A stretch of 64,000 nt of DNA from Schmidtea polychroa (lineage: Eukaryota): the NCBI GenBank assembly GCA_044892525.1, contig CM097885.1, forward strand, positions 215,946,001-216,010,000, given 5' to 3'. Positions 23,701 to 37,443 of this stretch are shown one piece after another; position 1 is the first letter of the stretch, and every line of letters begins with the position of its first letter. Below the pieces are notes generated by a model. It was given only the letters and a program-made list of their open reading frames with translations, was not told the origin of the DNA and ran no database searches. A program made the translations under genes and the position numbers.

Positions 23701-26700
23701 TTATAAATGGTATTATCCATTACGGAAATTTTTCATCTTTGGAATTTGACAATTCATTTATACTTCATTTACTTCTGTCAATCGTCTCATACATAAACAA
23801 ACTTCATAAATGAAATTAATGGGAGTTATTCCATATTGTTCTGTTATTCAAAACTTTAGAAAATTCAATTTTTTAAATTAAGTCTGATAATACAATTTTG
23901 TGCAGATTTAGAAAATGTCGTAATATATTAAATAACAAAATAAATTAATCACGATATCTTATTTTAATTTTTTATTTATATATCTATCCAACAGATTATG
24001 ATTATGATATTAAATAATCATAATGCGGTATATCATTAATAAATATACAAAAATTACAACACATGAAAAGTCCCATTATGATCATATGTCTATTAGCAGC
24101 AGCCACCATATTTTATTAAGAACCGAAATTATTTATAGAGGTTCAAAATATAACTATAAATAAAAAAACAACTTCCAAACCGCAAATAACAAGCGAAATT
24201 AAAAGGTTATAAAACGGATATAAAGCAAATTACACCAAACTGAGAAACAATTGTGAATTAGATGTCTCGACGAAAACTATTCAAAAACATGAGCAATAAA
24301 TGGGAAGTATAATATTTTTTAACTAAAGTAAAAAATAAGAAAATTTGAATAAAATTTTTGTATTTTATTATACGATTCTGAATACCCCCATGTTTCTTTC
24401 AAAAATATACTCCTAATTTATATTTGTTAAATAATCATAAGACAATATTATATAATATATTAATTTACACTGATATTTAAATTGAATTATAATTGAAAGT
24501 ATGGATTTTCAAATAAAATATACACATCATTAAATAGTTTTCTCATAAATAAAAAAAGAATTATTAAAGGAAAGAATGTATCATATATCAAGAACAATCA
24601 ATGGAGTATCTTGAATACTATTCAGGCGAGGTTAATAAATTTAGATATAATAACTTATTTAAATTAATTTAAATGAAAAACCAACTTATTAACTTAACTG
24701 TTGGTACTGAGAAAAAATTGATTCAAAATGTTTAAAAAATCGATCAATTCCGATAAAAATGAATGAGTAAATAGCAAATGATAAGTTAAACACAAATATA
24801 ATAATTAAAAATGATAGGACATTCTAGGCAACTGCATTACAAAAATACAAATCAATTAAATAAAATTTTGTCAAAAGTTGTGATAAATAAACAAAGTCGC
24901 CAATTTGTCAAGCGGTCTGTCAGAATACGACTCAGTGGTAATAATTAATTAGGTTAATTTTGATAATTTAAAATGGAATTTGGTGACCGCCGATATGTTG
25001 AACTTGGGAGATGGTAAATTACTCCAAGTGAGTATAGAAAAGCGGGAATAGCACAATTTTGAAAATTATAGTTTCAGCAAATTTGATTTGAATTATTTTT
25101 TTTAAACGAGAATTATTTTGTGTTAAAAAGTGAATAGTGGTTAGAATACGAAAGAAATATTTATAACTAAACGAAAATTGTCATTGATATTTTGTGATTT
25201 GTTAAAGAAATAAATTCGTCATTTGTTGATTTGTGTTTAAATTGAAGGAACAAACGGAATAAAGGCCAACTTTAAATCTTACCGAAATTAATTAGAAACC
25301 AAACAAAATGAATCTTTATAAGTAATATAACGAAAGATTGGAAAATATATTGAAACACATTTTCATAAATTAAAAATCAAAATAGAAAGATGAGTAAGAG
25401 GAAAAGAAATGTTAATATTTTGACAATATAATATGCAATAAACATATGAATTTAAACCTTAGTACCTCGATCAGCGATCTGATATATTTAGAAAGATAGT
25501 AAAAAAAATACTTGATATAAAGATACATAGGACATGTAACATGATGATATAACAATTATTATAATAACAGAAATTGTTTATAGTACTTAAAAACTTGCCA
25601 CATAAAAAGATAGATCTAAACTTAAGTTCATAATAATGTCACCGGCAGGCCACTTTTTGGAAACCCATACTTACTACTTATTAAATAACAGTAATCGATA
25701 AATATTTCGCTCCATATAGATGACTAAGAAAATTTTAAATTTTATGTAATTATTAATTAGTTTTATTTTATCATTTATTTAATTTTTTAAATTTTTTCCT
25801 AATTAATTATTAATTTTTATTTATTTTATTTTTATTTAAATTTTTTTTATTTTCCTTTTTATTATTATGAATATTAATACTTCTATTATTATTTTATACG
25901 GTTTTATATATTTTTAAATATTCCTGTGACCACACATTTACCAAATGATTACAAAACTTCAACGAATCAAATTTGAGTAAAAAGGAGGAAATTATTTATA
26001 ATAAATGAAATAACACGCATATGTTATAGTAATACTCACACATATGGTTGTTAAATGAAAATTGGAAATCCAAATATCTGTTTTGAACAAGATAATCAGT
26101 TTACCAAGAAACGACACAAGAAATCTTAATATTGTGCCTGTTTAAATCTTTAAGTTGAAAGTAAATAATTTGTTGTTGACACTGCCTTGCGTATACATAT
26201 GTTACGATACATGACAATGATAACACATAAAATAACCATTATTTTATGTTTCTATGGAGGTGATTAAGAAAAGATACTCGATTTAAAATAGGGTTTCTAT
26301 AACCGATAATCGGTTTGCCAAAAAAAAATATTAACAAAACCAACTCACGTACACATACAAATTGTAACACAAACACATACATGTTGTAACACACACATAT
26401 AAAGTCATAGTTTAAAAATACATCGATCAATCAAAATCATGCATTGATATTGCATATTTATTGCATAAATGATTAACACTAAATATTTATAAACATATTT
26501 CATTGAACTGCATCAAATAAATTAATGATTTCACCAAATTACAACAAAGCAATGAAATACTGAGGTGAATTACAATAAAGTAACAAAAATCAAATAAATT
26601 ATTTAATCAGATTGCAAAAAAATAATTAAAAAAATAATAAAAAAATCAAATTGCAACAAAGTTATAAAATATTGCAAATATTTTCAATTTCGGATCAAAA

Positions 26701-26892
26701 GAATTTATAGAGAATTAAATTTCATCTATATATTGTTAAAGTAAAAAGTTAATAAAATTATTTTTACTAAATGAAAAATTTAAAAAACATATGTAGCACA
26801 CACAACATTTTTAGTCAACTAATATAGAATTAAATTTTATCTATACTTTATTACAATGAAAACCATACAAATATCTTGACTAAATATATTTA

Positions 26893-29800
26893 CATTGCAT
26901 TTATCAAAAAACTTGACTATGAATCATTAAAGATATCGATGTTTTTTTTGATATTCACGAATTTTCGGCACTGCCTTTTTCAAGTGATTTTGATAAATTT
27001 TAAATTAAATTAAAATTATTAAAAATTAAAAGAATTAAAAATTAATAATAAAAATATATTAATAAAAAGAATTTAAATAAATAATGAAATAAATGTAATT
27101 AACAATAACATATAATTTAAAATTTACTTATTTGGAATATTTATCGATTACTGTTATTTTTAGTATTTAGTTAGTAGGGGTGGTGGTACCAAAGTGACCT
27201 AGTGGTCACACTATTATCTACTAACTTAAAGCAAAATCTCAAGATTGGAATGAAGGAAAATTACTGACAAGCCAATTGCCTTAAAAATATAAACAAATTA
27301 GATCATCAATCCAATCACTCAAAAAATTTGTAGATCAAAGAGTTCGAAGTTAATATAATTAACATTGAAAGCAAACGATAGAGCATGCAAAATACATATG
27401 GAGCTGCATTTGAATAATTATATATATTTTAACCTCTAGTTTTAAAGGGTAACATTTTGTGATGTTATCATTATTGTCTGTTTTTACTTCTTATTACGTA
27501 TTAAATTTTGCAAGTAAATACACGTAATTTATTTTTTTTTTCAATAAAACCGTTTTTTTAAGAATTTTTATTACCAGCAATTACCGAAATTTAAAATTTT
27601 TAATTTAATACCATTACCGAAAATATTTGTTGGTATAAATATTTATATAAATTTAATTTCATATCTATTATCAATTTGTTTTAATTTATTGTAATTATTA
27701 TTGTAATTTTACTATTTAAAAATTTTTTTTATTAGACTAAAGTGTCATTAAAAAAATCACATGTATGGTTATATTATATATGTTTAAAAAAATAATTAAA
27801 AAAGCTGACGGTTACAAGCTAGGAATAAGATTTTATATCACAAATTTCACTTCAAAGATATTGAAAATAAAAACGAGCACACTTTGAACAAACAGGACAA
27901 GTTGGATCTTTTTAGTAGCAAAATTTACAATAGATGCAACAACAACAATGGCTTGCATAGATGGCTTTCCATTTTATCAAATTGCAAAAAGTAAGTTTAT
28001 TAAATTAAATCTTGCAACTAGACTTTAGAACGATACTCCACCGACTTCGTCAAATGGTGTCAAAAACTTGATTTACAAAGATTTTATTGCAAAAAATGTT
28101 TTAATCCATTTCAAAACCAAAGTTCAAAAGATAAAATGTTATTCAATGACAATTACAGAATACACATCTTCATAACATTAAGGATATATGTTCATAATGT
28201 AAATTCTCATTGGTCATTAAGAATGATTCCTAAAGATTATTTGGGCACTAATAAGGTCACAGAATATTTTATGTAAAGATTGAGTGAACATAATTTAAAT
28301 CTTGAACATCATATAGTAAGTCTCACATTCGAGGGACCTTCTGCTATGGTTAATTTTGGTAATATTAATATCTTTGTTCATCAATTATGTCTAAGACGCG
28401 GTATGTGATATATTATGAAGCAGATAACTTCACTACTTTTCGAGAAAAAAATTATATCGATCATTGTGATGACGATTACCAGAATTTAGAAGACGGGAAC
28501 GATTTTGATTCACAATTCAATATTAAATAAGATGATGATTTGAATTTAAAGGATATTTTAAAAATTTCAAAAGATTGTCACTGAAAAGTGATTATGTTTG
28601 AGAAAAATAATTCACAATGTTTTACAAAAAATATTTAAAACTTAAGGAATATATTCCGATTGCTTTAAGAATTCGTGGAATGATAGAAATAATAATAAAT
28701 GAAGATTGGGATACTTTAAAACACATAATATGTGCGTTAATGCCTTTTAAAATTATTATAAAAGGACTTTCGCGTGAAGAAGCTATTCTGTTGAAATAAA
28801 GTAACTTCTTACTAAAATGAACTTATTTTATAAAATTCTAAATTATCTAATCTATTTATTGAAAAATTCAATTAAAATATTTTCAACTTAGATGAAATAT
28901 TCTTGTTGAACTATTGAACTATCTTGGAAATGAAGAAGAGCGAAGAATATAAATTTTAATAATACCATATTACAATATGAGTAGCTTAAACCGTTTGCAG
29001 AGGATGCTTACATGCGATTATATAAAGAAGAAACTGAAATTGAATTTGTAAGTGAATTGGACTCCAATTTTGACTGTAAAAAGGAAGAAATTCTTCTAGA
29101 TGACAGTGTAATATATCAAAGATGTTTTACGAAATAAAAATAAAGGTTGTAAAAAGAGTAAATATTCACAAGATATTCAATTATATGATGATATGAAACT
29201 TTTGGAGGCTGCTAGATAACGATCCAAGATCAGAAAAGATTTATCAAAGTTTAATAATATAATAATATAACAGATATACACGTTAATATTTTACATATTT
29301 CTTGTCAAAGGTAATAGTTGTTATGCTATATTAAATAAAGTTTTATTGGCTATCAAAAATTTCCTTATTTATATAAGATCATCAAGCTGAGATTCTGGCA
29401 ACCCAAACCGTTGAGTGTGGAAAGATTTAGAAATTAGCATAATATCAAAAGAAATATATTGTATTTAAAGTCTGAGATTATTATGAATTGATGGTCATTT
29501 CAAAGAATTGCGGAAATATATTGGTTTTTGAAGAAGATAAGCAAATATACTAGTGTTACAGAATGACAATTTTTAATTTTGACTGAAAAACAATCACTCC
29601 ATCCCAGGAATAATGCAACATAGTGGATTCAGAACGATGGAGCGGCTCAACAATAGAACATCGAAACCACGGATAGGTCAGCAAAGTCCGCGGACTTTAA
29701 TTTGATAGGAAATATTTTGGGTAATATATCCATAATGATTTATACTAAAAAATCGGAAGCATTCAGGTGTTTATTTATACAGTCTGCAGAAATGATTAAA

Positions 29801-30153
29801 TTTATCGATTGATATAACATGTCTTTATGAGAACTTTACGAACAGTTTTTTGATGTTATAGGAAAAAGTTTTTTTAATATAAATGTTCGTCAGTGTTTGC
29901 ATTATCAAGTAGTTTCAAAAATCCTTTCCCTGTTTATATTTAATTCAAATAAGTTAATTTTAAAAAATGATTCTGTAATTATTTTATATCGTAATATATT
30001 GCATTATGACATTTTCTGTATAAATTTGATACAATAAACTATATATTATCAATATTAAAATCACTTGAAAAATCTTGTGCCGAAAATTCGCGAATAAAAA
30101 AAAACCATCGATATCTTTACTGATTCATAGTCAATTTTTAAAAAAATACAATA
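26893..30153 (+). mobile_element. Tc1-like element with ~100-bp TIRs, decayed, carrying an internal hAT remnant
   Basis: TA|CATTG...GACTATGAATC...CACGAATTTTCGGCAC arm at ~26893-26990 and an inverted arm at ~30058-30153. DDE-like remnant near 29620-29730 (QNDGA...SAKSADFNLIGNIW, cf. WPAQSPDLNPIENIW). Confidence 0.55.
27790..29250 (+). pseudogene. Heavily decayed hAT (Ac/hobo-like) transposase
   Basis: MACIDGFPFYQIAKSKFI, YSMTITEYTSS and TFEGPSAMVNFG parallel EDGFTV.., FSLTLDEWTS and TTDGASVMCKFG of the 9081-11579 element. Confidence 0.6.
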
Positions 30154-31400
30154 TCAATATCAGATCTATAATTATTAAATTAATTTTATTATACTACAGT
30201 ATAGTATCTTTTAAATAAGTTCAGTTTAAAAATATCAGAATACATGTCATGTTATCGTGCCATGCAAAACTAAACTTGCTTAGGTACTGAAAATGTATTA
30301 AGCTTAAGAAAAGGAAATAAGAAAAAATTATGCATTGACCAAAAGAACTATAAAATTGACCTCAACTTTGAACTGAAACTCAAATCGAATTAAATATATT
30401 CTATTTACTAAATCCAAAAAGGTTAATTTGGGATTAGAGTTAAAATTAAAGAAAATTGGCAAACAAGTGCGATAAAATCCACATGTTTACTGAAATCTGG
30501 TCAAATAAAAATTCACAGAAAAAAGAAATCAATTACACTGTGAGCATTTTGCAAGACTCTACGAATAGATAAATGAGGCTGGAAAAATAGATGAACTTTT
30601 AGACCAGTAACTGACAAAAGGAAATTTTTGTGATCACATGCATTTTGAGCTGTGTTGCTGGAAGGTGGTTCTTTATCAATTTCAATTCTACCTGTTTCCT
30701 ATTTGTGAATGAATAGATATAACATCTTTGAATACATTCACTAGAAACAAACCTGAACATTATTTACTGGATAAGAAGAACTGGATTTCTGACAGATTTC
30801 ATTCGTCTAAATGACAGTCAGAAATATTCAAAACAATCACAATTAAATCAAATAACAAAAAATGCCATTTATAGTTACGGCAAAGTTATAGATTTTTAAA
30901 AATATAAAAGAATATTATAAAGTAACTGAATAATCTTAAATTAATATCGAAAACTTTTTAAGATATCTAATTAATTTAACCCTTTTTATGTTTTATGAAA
31001 GTTGACGAGAAAATATTTTGAATATACAATAGTTAGTGCAGGATTTGCAACACGAGTACCCTAGTATTTGAATACCCGACATTTTCGTGAATTGCGCTCG
31101 TAATTTAATACCCGAGCAATTCTAATCGAGGACCCAGGAATTTCACAATATAATATTTAAAAAATCCTCCTATTGGTTAAAAGGATAATAGGAAATTTTG
31201 GTATTTTTTGTTATTAGTAATACTAGTTGATAAGTTGATTTCAATTTTGATTATTTTATTTTGATTAACAAATATAACTTATATGTAGTTCGCCTTTGTG
31301 TATGGAAATTCACCAAGATAAGTTTGATCTCGGAGTTGAGTCTTGACTTAACAACAAGAAATTTCATAAAATTCCACAAATAGTTTTATCCAGAGAAATA

Positions 31401-31556
31401 NNNNNNNNNNNNNNNNNNNNNNNNNNNNNNNNNNNNNNNNNNNNNNNNNNNNNNNNNNNNNNNNNNNNNNNNNNNNNNNNNNNNNNNNNNNNNNNNNNNN
31501 NNNNNNNNNNNNNNNNNNNNNNNNNNNNNNNNNNNNNNNNNNNNNNNNNNNNNNNN
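31401..31556. other. Assembly gap
   Basis: Run of N. Confidence 1.
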
Positions 31557-32187
31557 CAATTTCACCACTGATTATTTTTTTCCATTGAATTTAATTAAAA
31601 GACAGCTTGAGGAATATAAATCAGTAATATATCGATGTTTTTTGATACTCACGAATTTTTGGACCTGCCTTTTTAAAGTGAATTTCAAAATTGAAAAATT
31701 AATAAAATCAATAAAAAATTGCTAAACTATAAAGTCACAGAATTTTGATATTTAACCGGACAATCGAGAAGAATAATTAAAAAACAATTGCTCAAACAAT
31801 CAACTCGAATTAAGAAAATCTTCAGAAAATTTTGGTATTTACTAAATAATTGAGAAGAAAAATTAAAAACAAATACTCAAACAATCAACTTGAATCAAGA
31901 AAATCTTCCAAAAATTGATCACAAAATTGTTTCAAATATCTTTTGTATCCAGAGACAATCAATATACTATTTTATCCAAATCCTGATAATCAATGTCTTC
32001 GGATACCTACAAAACTAACTCCAACAACATAAAGTGCGTTTGAATAAAAGTTATATAATTGTTATTGTTGTTTGTTTATCATAAATTAGATTGTCGCAAC
32101 CTTAAATACATTCACCCCAGCTGTCCCGAGACAGTTTTTTTAAAGGAGACTCGGCTGGGCTAAACAAACATATAAACATAGTTGACA

Positions 32188-32346
32188 NNNNNNNNNNNNN
32201 NNNNNNNNNNNNNNNNNNNNNNNNNNNNNNNNNNNNNNNNNNNNNNNNNNNNNNNNNNNNNNNNNNNNNNNNNNNNNNNNNNNNNNNNNNNNNNNNNNNN
32301 NNNNNNNNNNNNNNNNNNNNNNNNNNNNNNNNNNNNNNNNNNNNNN
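32188..32346. other. Assembly gap
   Basis: Run of N. Confidence 1.
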
Positions 32347-32429
32347 ATATTAAAGTACAAATACATAATTGACGACATTCCCAACACTGTATAAAAGCAT
32401 AGAAAGCTAACATTCATAATAGTCTCAAT

Positions 32430-33110
32430 TCTAAAAACAACTCAATCTTGACTCTCAAATTCTATTAAAACCATTGGCCAGACTTGACAATCTTATATTT
32501 GTATGAAACATGACATCAGTGTGTTATGAATCCAGTTCTTCCAAAAAGTTTATAAACTCTATGGTTCAGTGATCTTCCTCTAATAAAATTGACAATTTCA
32601 ATAACAGGCTTGGCCACATTATTTTTAAAATATTTTTGTATAAAGACGGTTGGTGAAAAAAAAATTTTTTGAAATGGGTTTATTTTATCTACATTATCTT
32701 GAATTCTTCTTAGTGAACCTTTAATTTTACCTGTCATTCTTGGGCATTCGTCAGTAGTCACACTCACGAGTTTAGTCCAGTCTAGGTTTAACTTTACAAG
32801 ACTTCTTTACTCAACTTCTTTAAGTAAATCTTCTCCTGTTATTGTGCTAGTTCTTCTGTCAGTGTAAAATCACTTGACACTCCTCAAATAAAGATCAATA
32901 GCTGGGAGGTGTCTCTTATAATATAACAACGGTGGGCAAATGCGGCTCTTCGTTGAGTAAACTGCGGCTCATTGATAATTGAATTCTTGATAATCGAATT
33001 CGATTTTTTATTTTGAAATTTTTCACTAAATGTTTTGAGAAAAAATTTTTTGTTGCAATTGTATTTTCATAAATGTCAAAAATTAACGAAACATTGTTTT
33101 TCACATTTTA
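32430..33110 (-). pseudogene. Buster/SPIN-type hAT transposase fragment
   Basis: DFTLTEELA..., SVTTDECPRMTG and IVNFIRGRSLNHR. Confidence 0.75.
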
Positions 33111-33396
33111 CTGCTTTTTAAAATTATTTTGTAGTAGGCGGCGCTTTGTTATAACAACGAGAGAGAAGCATCAAAAATAAATTTAGTGAATTTTGATTGG
33201 TTATTATATTGTTTGTACAAGATTGCGATCGTTTGTATATTTTAGTATAGTTTTCTATTCGTGTTTTTTGAAAAATTTGGTAAGAAGATTTTTTTATGAA
33301 GCATTTTAAAATTTTAAACTAATTAAAATTAAATTAATGTCTTTTTATTATTTTGTTTAAATTTCAGCCATATAGTTATTTAAATTTATTATTATA

Positions 33397-33959
33397 ATGA
33401 CATCAGAAAACATCAAAAAACGAAAATACAGACAAGAAAATAGAACTTTTCAAGAAGAATGGACAGAAAAGTTTTTTTTTATTGACAATAATGGTAAATC
33501 GTTGTGTCTTATTTGTAAAGGTACAATTTCCAACTACAAATTAACCAATTTACGTCGACACTATGAAGTAAGTCATCCACACTTATCAATTCAATATCCA
33601 CTCAATTCAAACTTGCGGACAGAAAAACTTAAGTCATTGCAATCAGGGCTTCAAGCCCAACAAGGACAAGTCTCTTTAATCAAATTAATGAAATAAAAAA
33701 AAATATGTACTTTACTATGGTGGCTCTGTAAAAAATAAATTTTCGGAAAATGGCTCTTATTGAACCCATGCGTTCCCACCCTTGTAATATAACATGGTTG
33801 GTTGAAACCGTATTTTCTGCCGTTTCTGAAGTACTATCAAAACGAAGAAATTTGTTAAACATTGAGCTTCGAGGAGATCTACACCTTAGACTAAACCAAT
33901 CACTTACGATTGAATTGGACACTTTGGTAGGGCGCCATCAAGATCAAGGAAGTCATTGA
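33397..33959 (+). pseudogene. GTF2IRD2/SPIN-like hAT, internally deleted (N-terminal zinc finger joined to C-terminus)
   Basis: KKRK..ENRTFQEEWT..FFF...CLIC...NLRRHYEVSH, then VETVFS..KRRNLL...LVGRHQDQGSH*. Confidence 0.85.
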
Positions 33960-36183
33960 ACAGATATAGAACATTCAAAACTCAAAGTGTCGGAATTTTA
34001 GCGCCAAAACATAAGCCTGGCAGCGGTGTTCACTCACGTGAAGGGTAAATGGTAATTCAGTCAATCACTGCCATATGCTTGTCGAGCAGAAAATTTAGTT
34101 TTTGTAATTTATGTTGGGCTAAAAACCGGGGAAACCCGAATTTTTCTGGAAAATAACTAAATAAATCCTTGTGTATAGCATCAAATTTGGGTAATCACTC
34201 AAGTATTAAGTAAAAACAAAGAATAAGGAAAGTAGAAATATTAAATAAAATAAAATCGCCAAAACGAAATAGACATCGAATAACTCTTAAACAAACAAAA
34301 CACAACCATAACTGATAGGCAAAGCAAAATAGCTAAGAAAAATAAAAAAAAATATCAAAAAAATAAAATATTAATAATAAAACAAACGATAATTAAGAAA
34401 AACGAAAAGAATAGAATACAAAAGCACCAACAGAATAACCAACAGGATCCAACAAAAGAAAGAGGAAAATAAGAAAAATTAAATTATTTAATAAATTACA
34501 AAATAAAAGAAATAAACCACCTCAGGGAAAGCGTTAATAAGAATAAAAAAGAGAAAAAATCACCACTTTACACAATAGCTGGATGAAATTTAATATATAA
34601 GAAAGCGACTTGACTGATTCCCTCAATTTTTAAACTCTGAATTTAGGACAATCGTTTGAACTCACATTTAGTTTCAATCATTTCATTCAAGGTTAAGGAA
34701 ATCATCCAGCATTAATTCGAAATAGTTAGCTTCAGTTATAAAGCGCACCATAATATTCTATTTGGATCGAAATCGAGAAATGTAAATTTTATGTTTTGTT
34801 ATTTTTATTTTTACGTTATGTATACTTAGTTGAATTGTAAAATTATTATGAATTAAAATATTAATATCGTTAATAACGTTCTCTTTTCTCATCATATAAA
34901 TATATTTGCATTCAGGTAAAAAGTCGATTAAGTATGAAATTTTTATAGTTTCGAAAATGTCCTTAGAATGAAGAACTGGAGTCGAAATATTATTGTAGAA
35001 TTTATGAATGGGAAATTAAGAGTGATTGACTTTGCAGCTAAGTTCGTGGAAGATGTTTAGATCGTGGAAATGATTAAGGTATGTTGAGAACCGATAACAT
35101 AGACGCTATTCCAGAAGCGATTTGGTCACTGAAATGCGATGCGAAATATAGACATGGAAAATACTACCAAGAATCGGTGAACCATTAGGCATCGACGTAG
35201 AATCCCAGAGATCTATCAAATTAATAACGGTGCCGAGCAACGGCCGAGGATGAGAAGAAATTGCCGAGGAAAATTAGGAGACATTGAGAGTAAGATGAGA
35301 TTGAAGTAGCAAGAAGAATCCATGAAGATAAAACATCGAAACCAATGAGAAAGCACGAATTGAGCTACAGCGAGCCAGGCAGAGTATTAGCACGGAAGTA
35401 TTTTCAGCGAGTATAGGATCGGTAGGCGCTAACAGAATAAGGGAGTGTGAATCACTCTTAATTTCAACTAAATGAGGCAAGTCTTGATAGAAGCAGATAG
35501 GAAATACTTGAGTGTTGCAATTTTTTTAAAATTATATTATATTGATTTGATTTTTATTAATGTGCATGGCGAAACCGTTTGGGAGGACGTTTGGATGCCG
35601 TTGGTACTTGTACTGATGGTGAACAGATTGTTCTCATAGATGGGTGCGCTAAGAGTTCAGGTAGATGTGAAATAGTGTGAGAAGTTGATCGTCTGAATAG
35701 GAATAGTAAACGAGATTGTTCTTCAAATCAGCAGTGGATACAGCTCGAATTACGAATAGGCTAGTCTTCTTCTATCACATAACCTTTTCCGTTAAGCAGT
35801 TTCAATGAAGCTCTTGACCCTACGTGACCCATTGGTCGGAGACAATACAGTAACACCTCCATTAGCACACTCTGAAAACTCCGGTAAGACGTTCCAGGTT
35901 TACTTTCACTTAGATATGGCCGACCAAGCTGTCAATTGTATTTTTCAAGGAAATCGACGAATTTGCTAAACATCCGCAATCATTCACGTACCTGATGTAG
36001 CGTAGACTCTAAGAAAATCCGTGTGGATAATCGAATGTAAACTTCCGTCGTTTATCAGAAAAATCACCGTCAGTCATTGAGGTAGACTTATTATATCACT
36101 ATATTAAGGCGTGAGAAATTCGCTCGATTAGACATAACCATCTCCTTAAATCAAAATAGTAATCTGTTATTATTGTCGTAATT

Positions 36184-37443
36184 AAACTCAAACAGGATGT
36201 GCTGCTAATATCGACGACGAACAACTTTCTAAAATTCTGACTTCACCGGCATCACTTAGTGTAAACAAATTCTGGGGACTGAACACAAAAGTTTATTGCG
36301 ATAAAATAATTCATTAATCCAACCTACTAAGGAGAAATGTTTATCATTACTAATAATTAATATTATCATTTAATTAACTTATCCCCTGCGAAATAGAGTG
36401 GAGCTTATTTTTGAACTTTCAAAATATTACCTTCTTACCCTCCCATTCTGTTCCTATATATGAAAGAAAAATTCAGGCAAAATATGAACACAATTGAACA
36501 ATATTTAGGGGTAGCTCAAGGACAGAGAAGTTTCTGATACTCTTAAGCAGCGGCCGCCCATTTATTTACGGTACTTTACTATAGTAACTGAGAACTAAGT
36601 AAATTGAGACTTTCTCAGACTCTGATAATCATACAACATTTCAATATCGTCATCTTCTGAAACCAGCTTAGATGGTGGAAACATGAAAAGTGGAGAAAAT
36701 CTGAGTGATGATGCTGCAGGAGGCAGCACATTTCGGACGCCAAAAAGAAAGAGGGGGCGAAAAACTGTTATTACTCCAGAACTTGCAGTAGCTTTAGATA
36801 GAACTAAAGTGTCAAACTCAAACAGGATGTGCTGCTAATATCGACGACGAACAACTTTCTAAAATTCTGACTTCACCGGCATCACTTAGTGTAAACAAAT
36901 TCTGGGGACTGAACACAAAAGTTTATTGCGATAAAATAATTCATTAATCCAACCTACTAAGGAGAAATGTTTATCATTACTAATAATTAATATTATCATT
37001 TAATTAACTTATCCCCTGCGAAATAGAGTGGAGCTTATTTTTGAACTTTCAAAATATTACCTTCTTACCCTCCCATTCTGTTCCTATATATGAAAGAAAA
37101 ATTCAGGCAAAATATGAACACAATTGAACAATATTTAGGGGTAGCTCAAGGACAGAGAAGTTTCTGATACTCTTAAGCAGCGGCCGCCCATTTATTTACG
37201 GTACTTTACTATAGTAACTGAGAACTAAGTAAATTGAGACTTTCTCAGACTCTGATAATCATACAACATTTCAATATCGTCATCTTCTGAAACCAGCTTA
37301 GATGGTGGAAACATGAAAAGTGGAGAAAATCTGAGTGATGATGCTGCAGGAGGCAGCACATTTCGGACGCCAAAAAGAAAGAGGGGGCGAAAAACTGTTA
37401 TTACTCCAGAACTTGCAGTAGCTTTAGATAGAACTAAAGTGTC
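36184..37443. repeat. 630-bp apparently identical tandem duplication across a transposon junction
   Basis: 36184-36813 is repeated at 36814-37443. No differences seen by eye. Confidence 0.95.

Noticed and set aside
35590-35625. AGTACCAAC on the minus strand as a ninth module copy
   Set aside because: No flanking stems or other module motifs.
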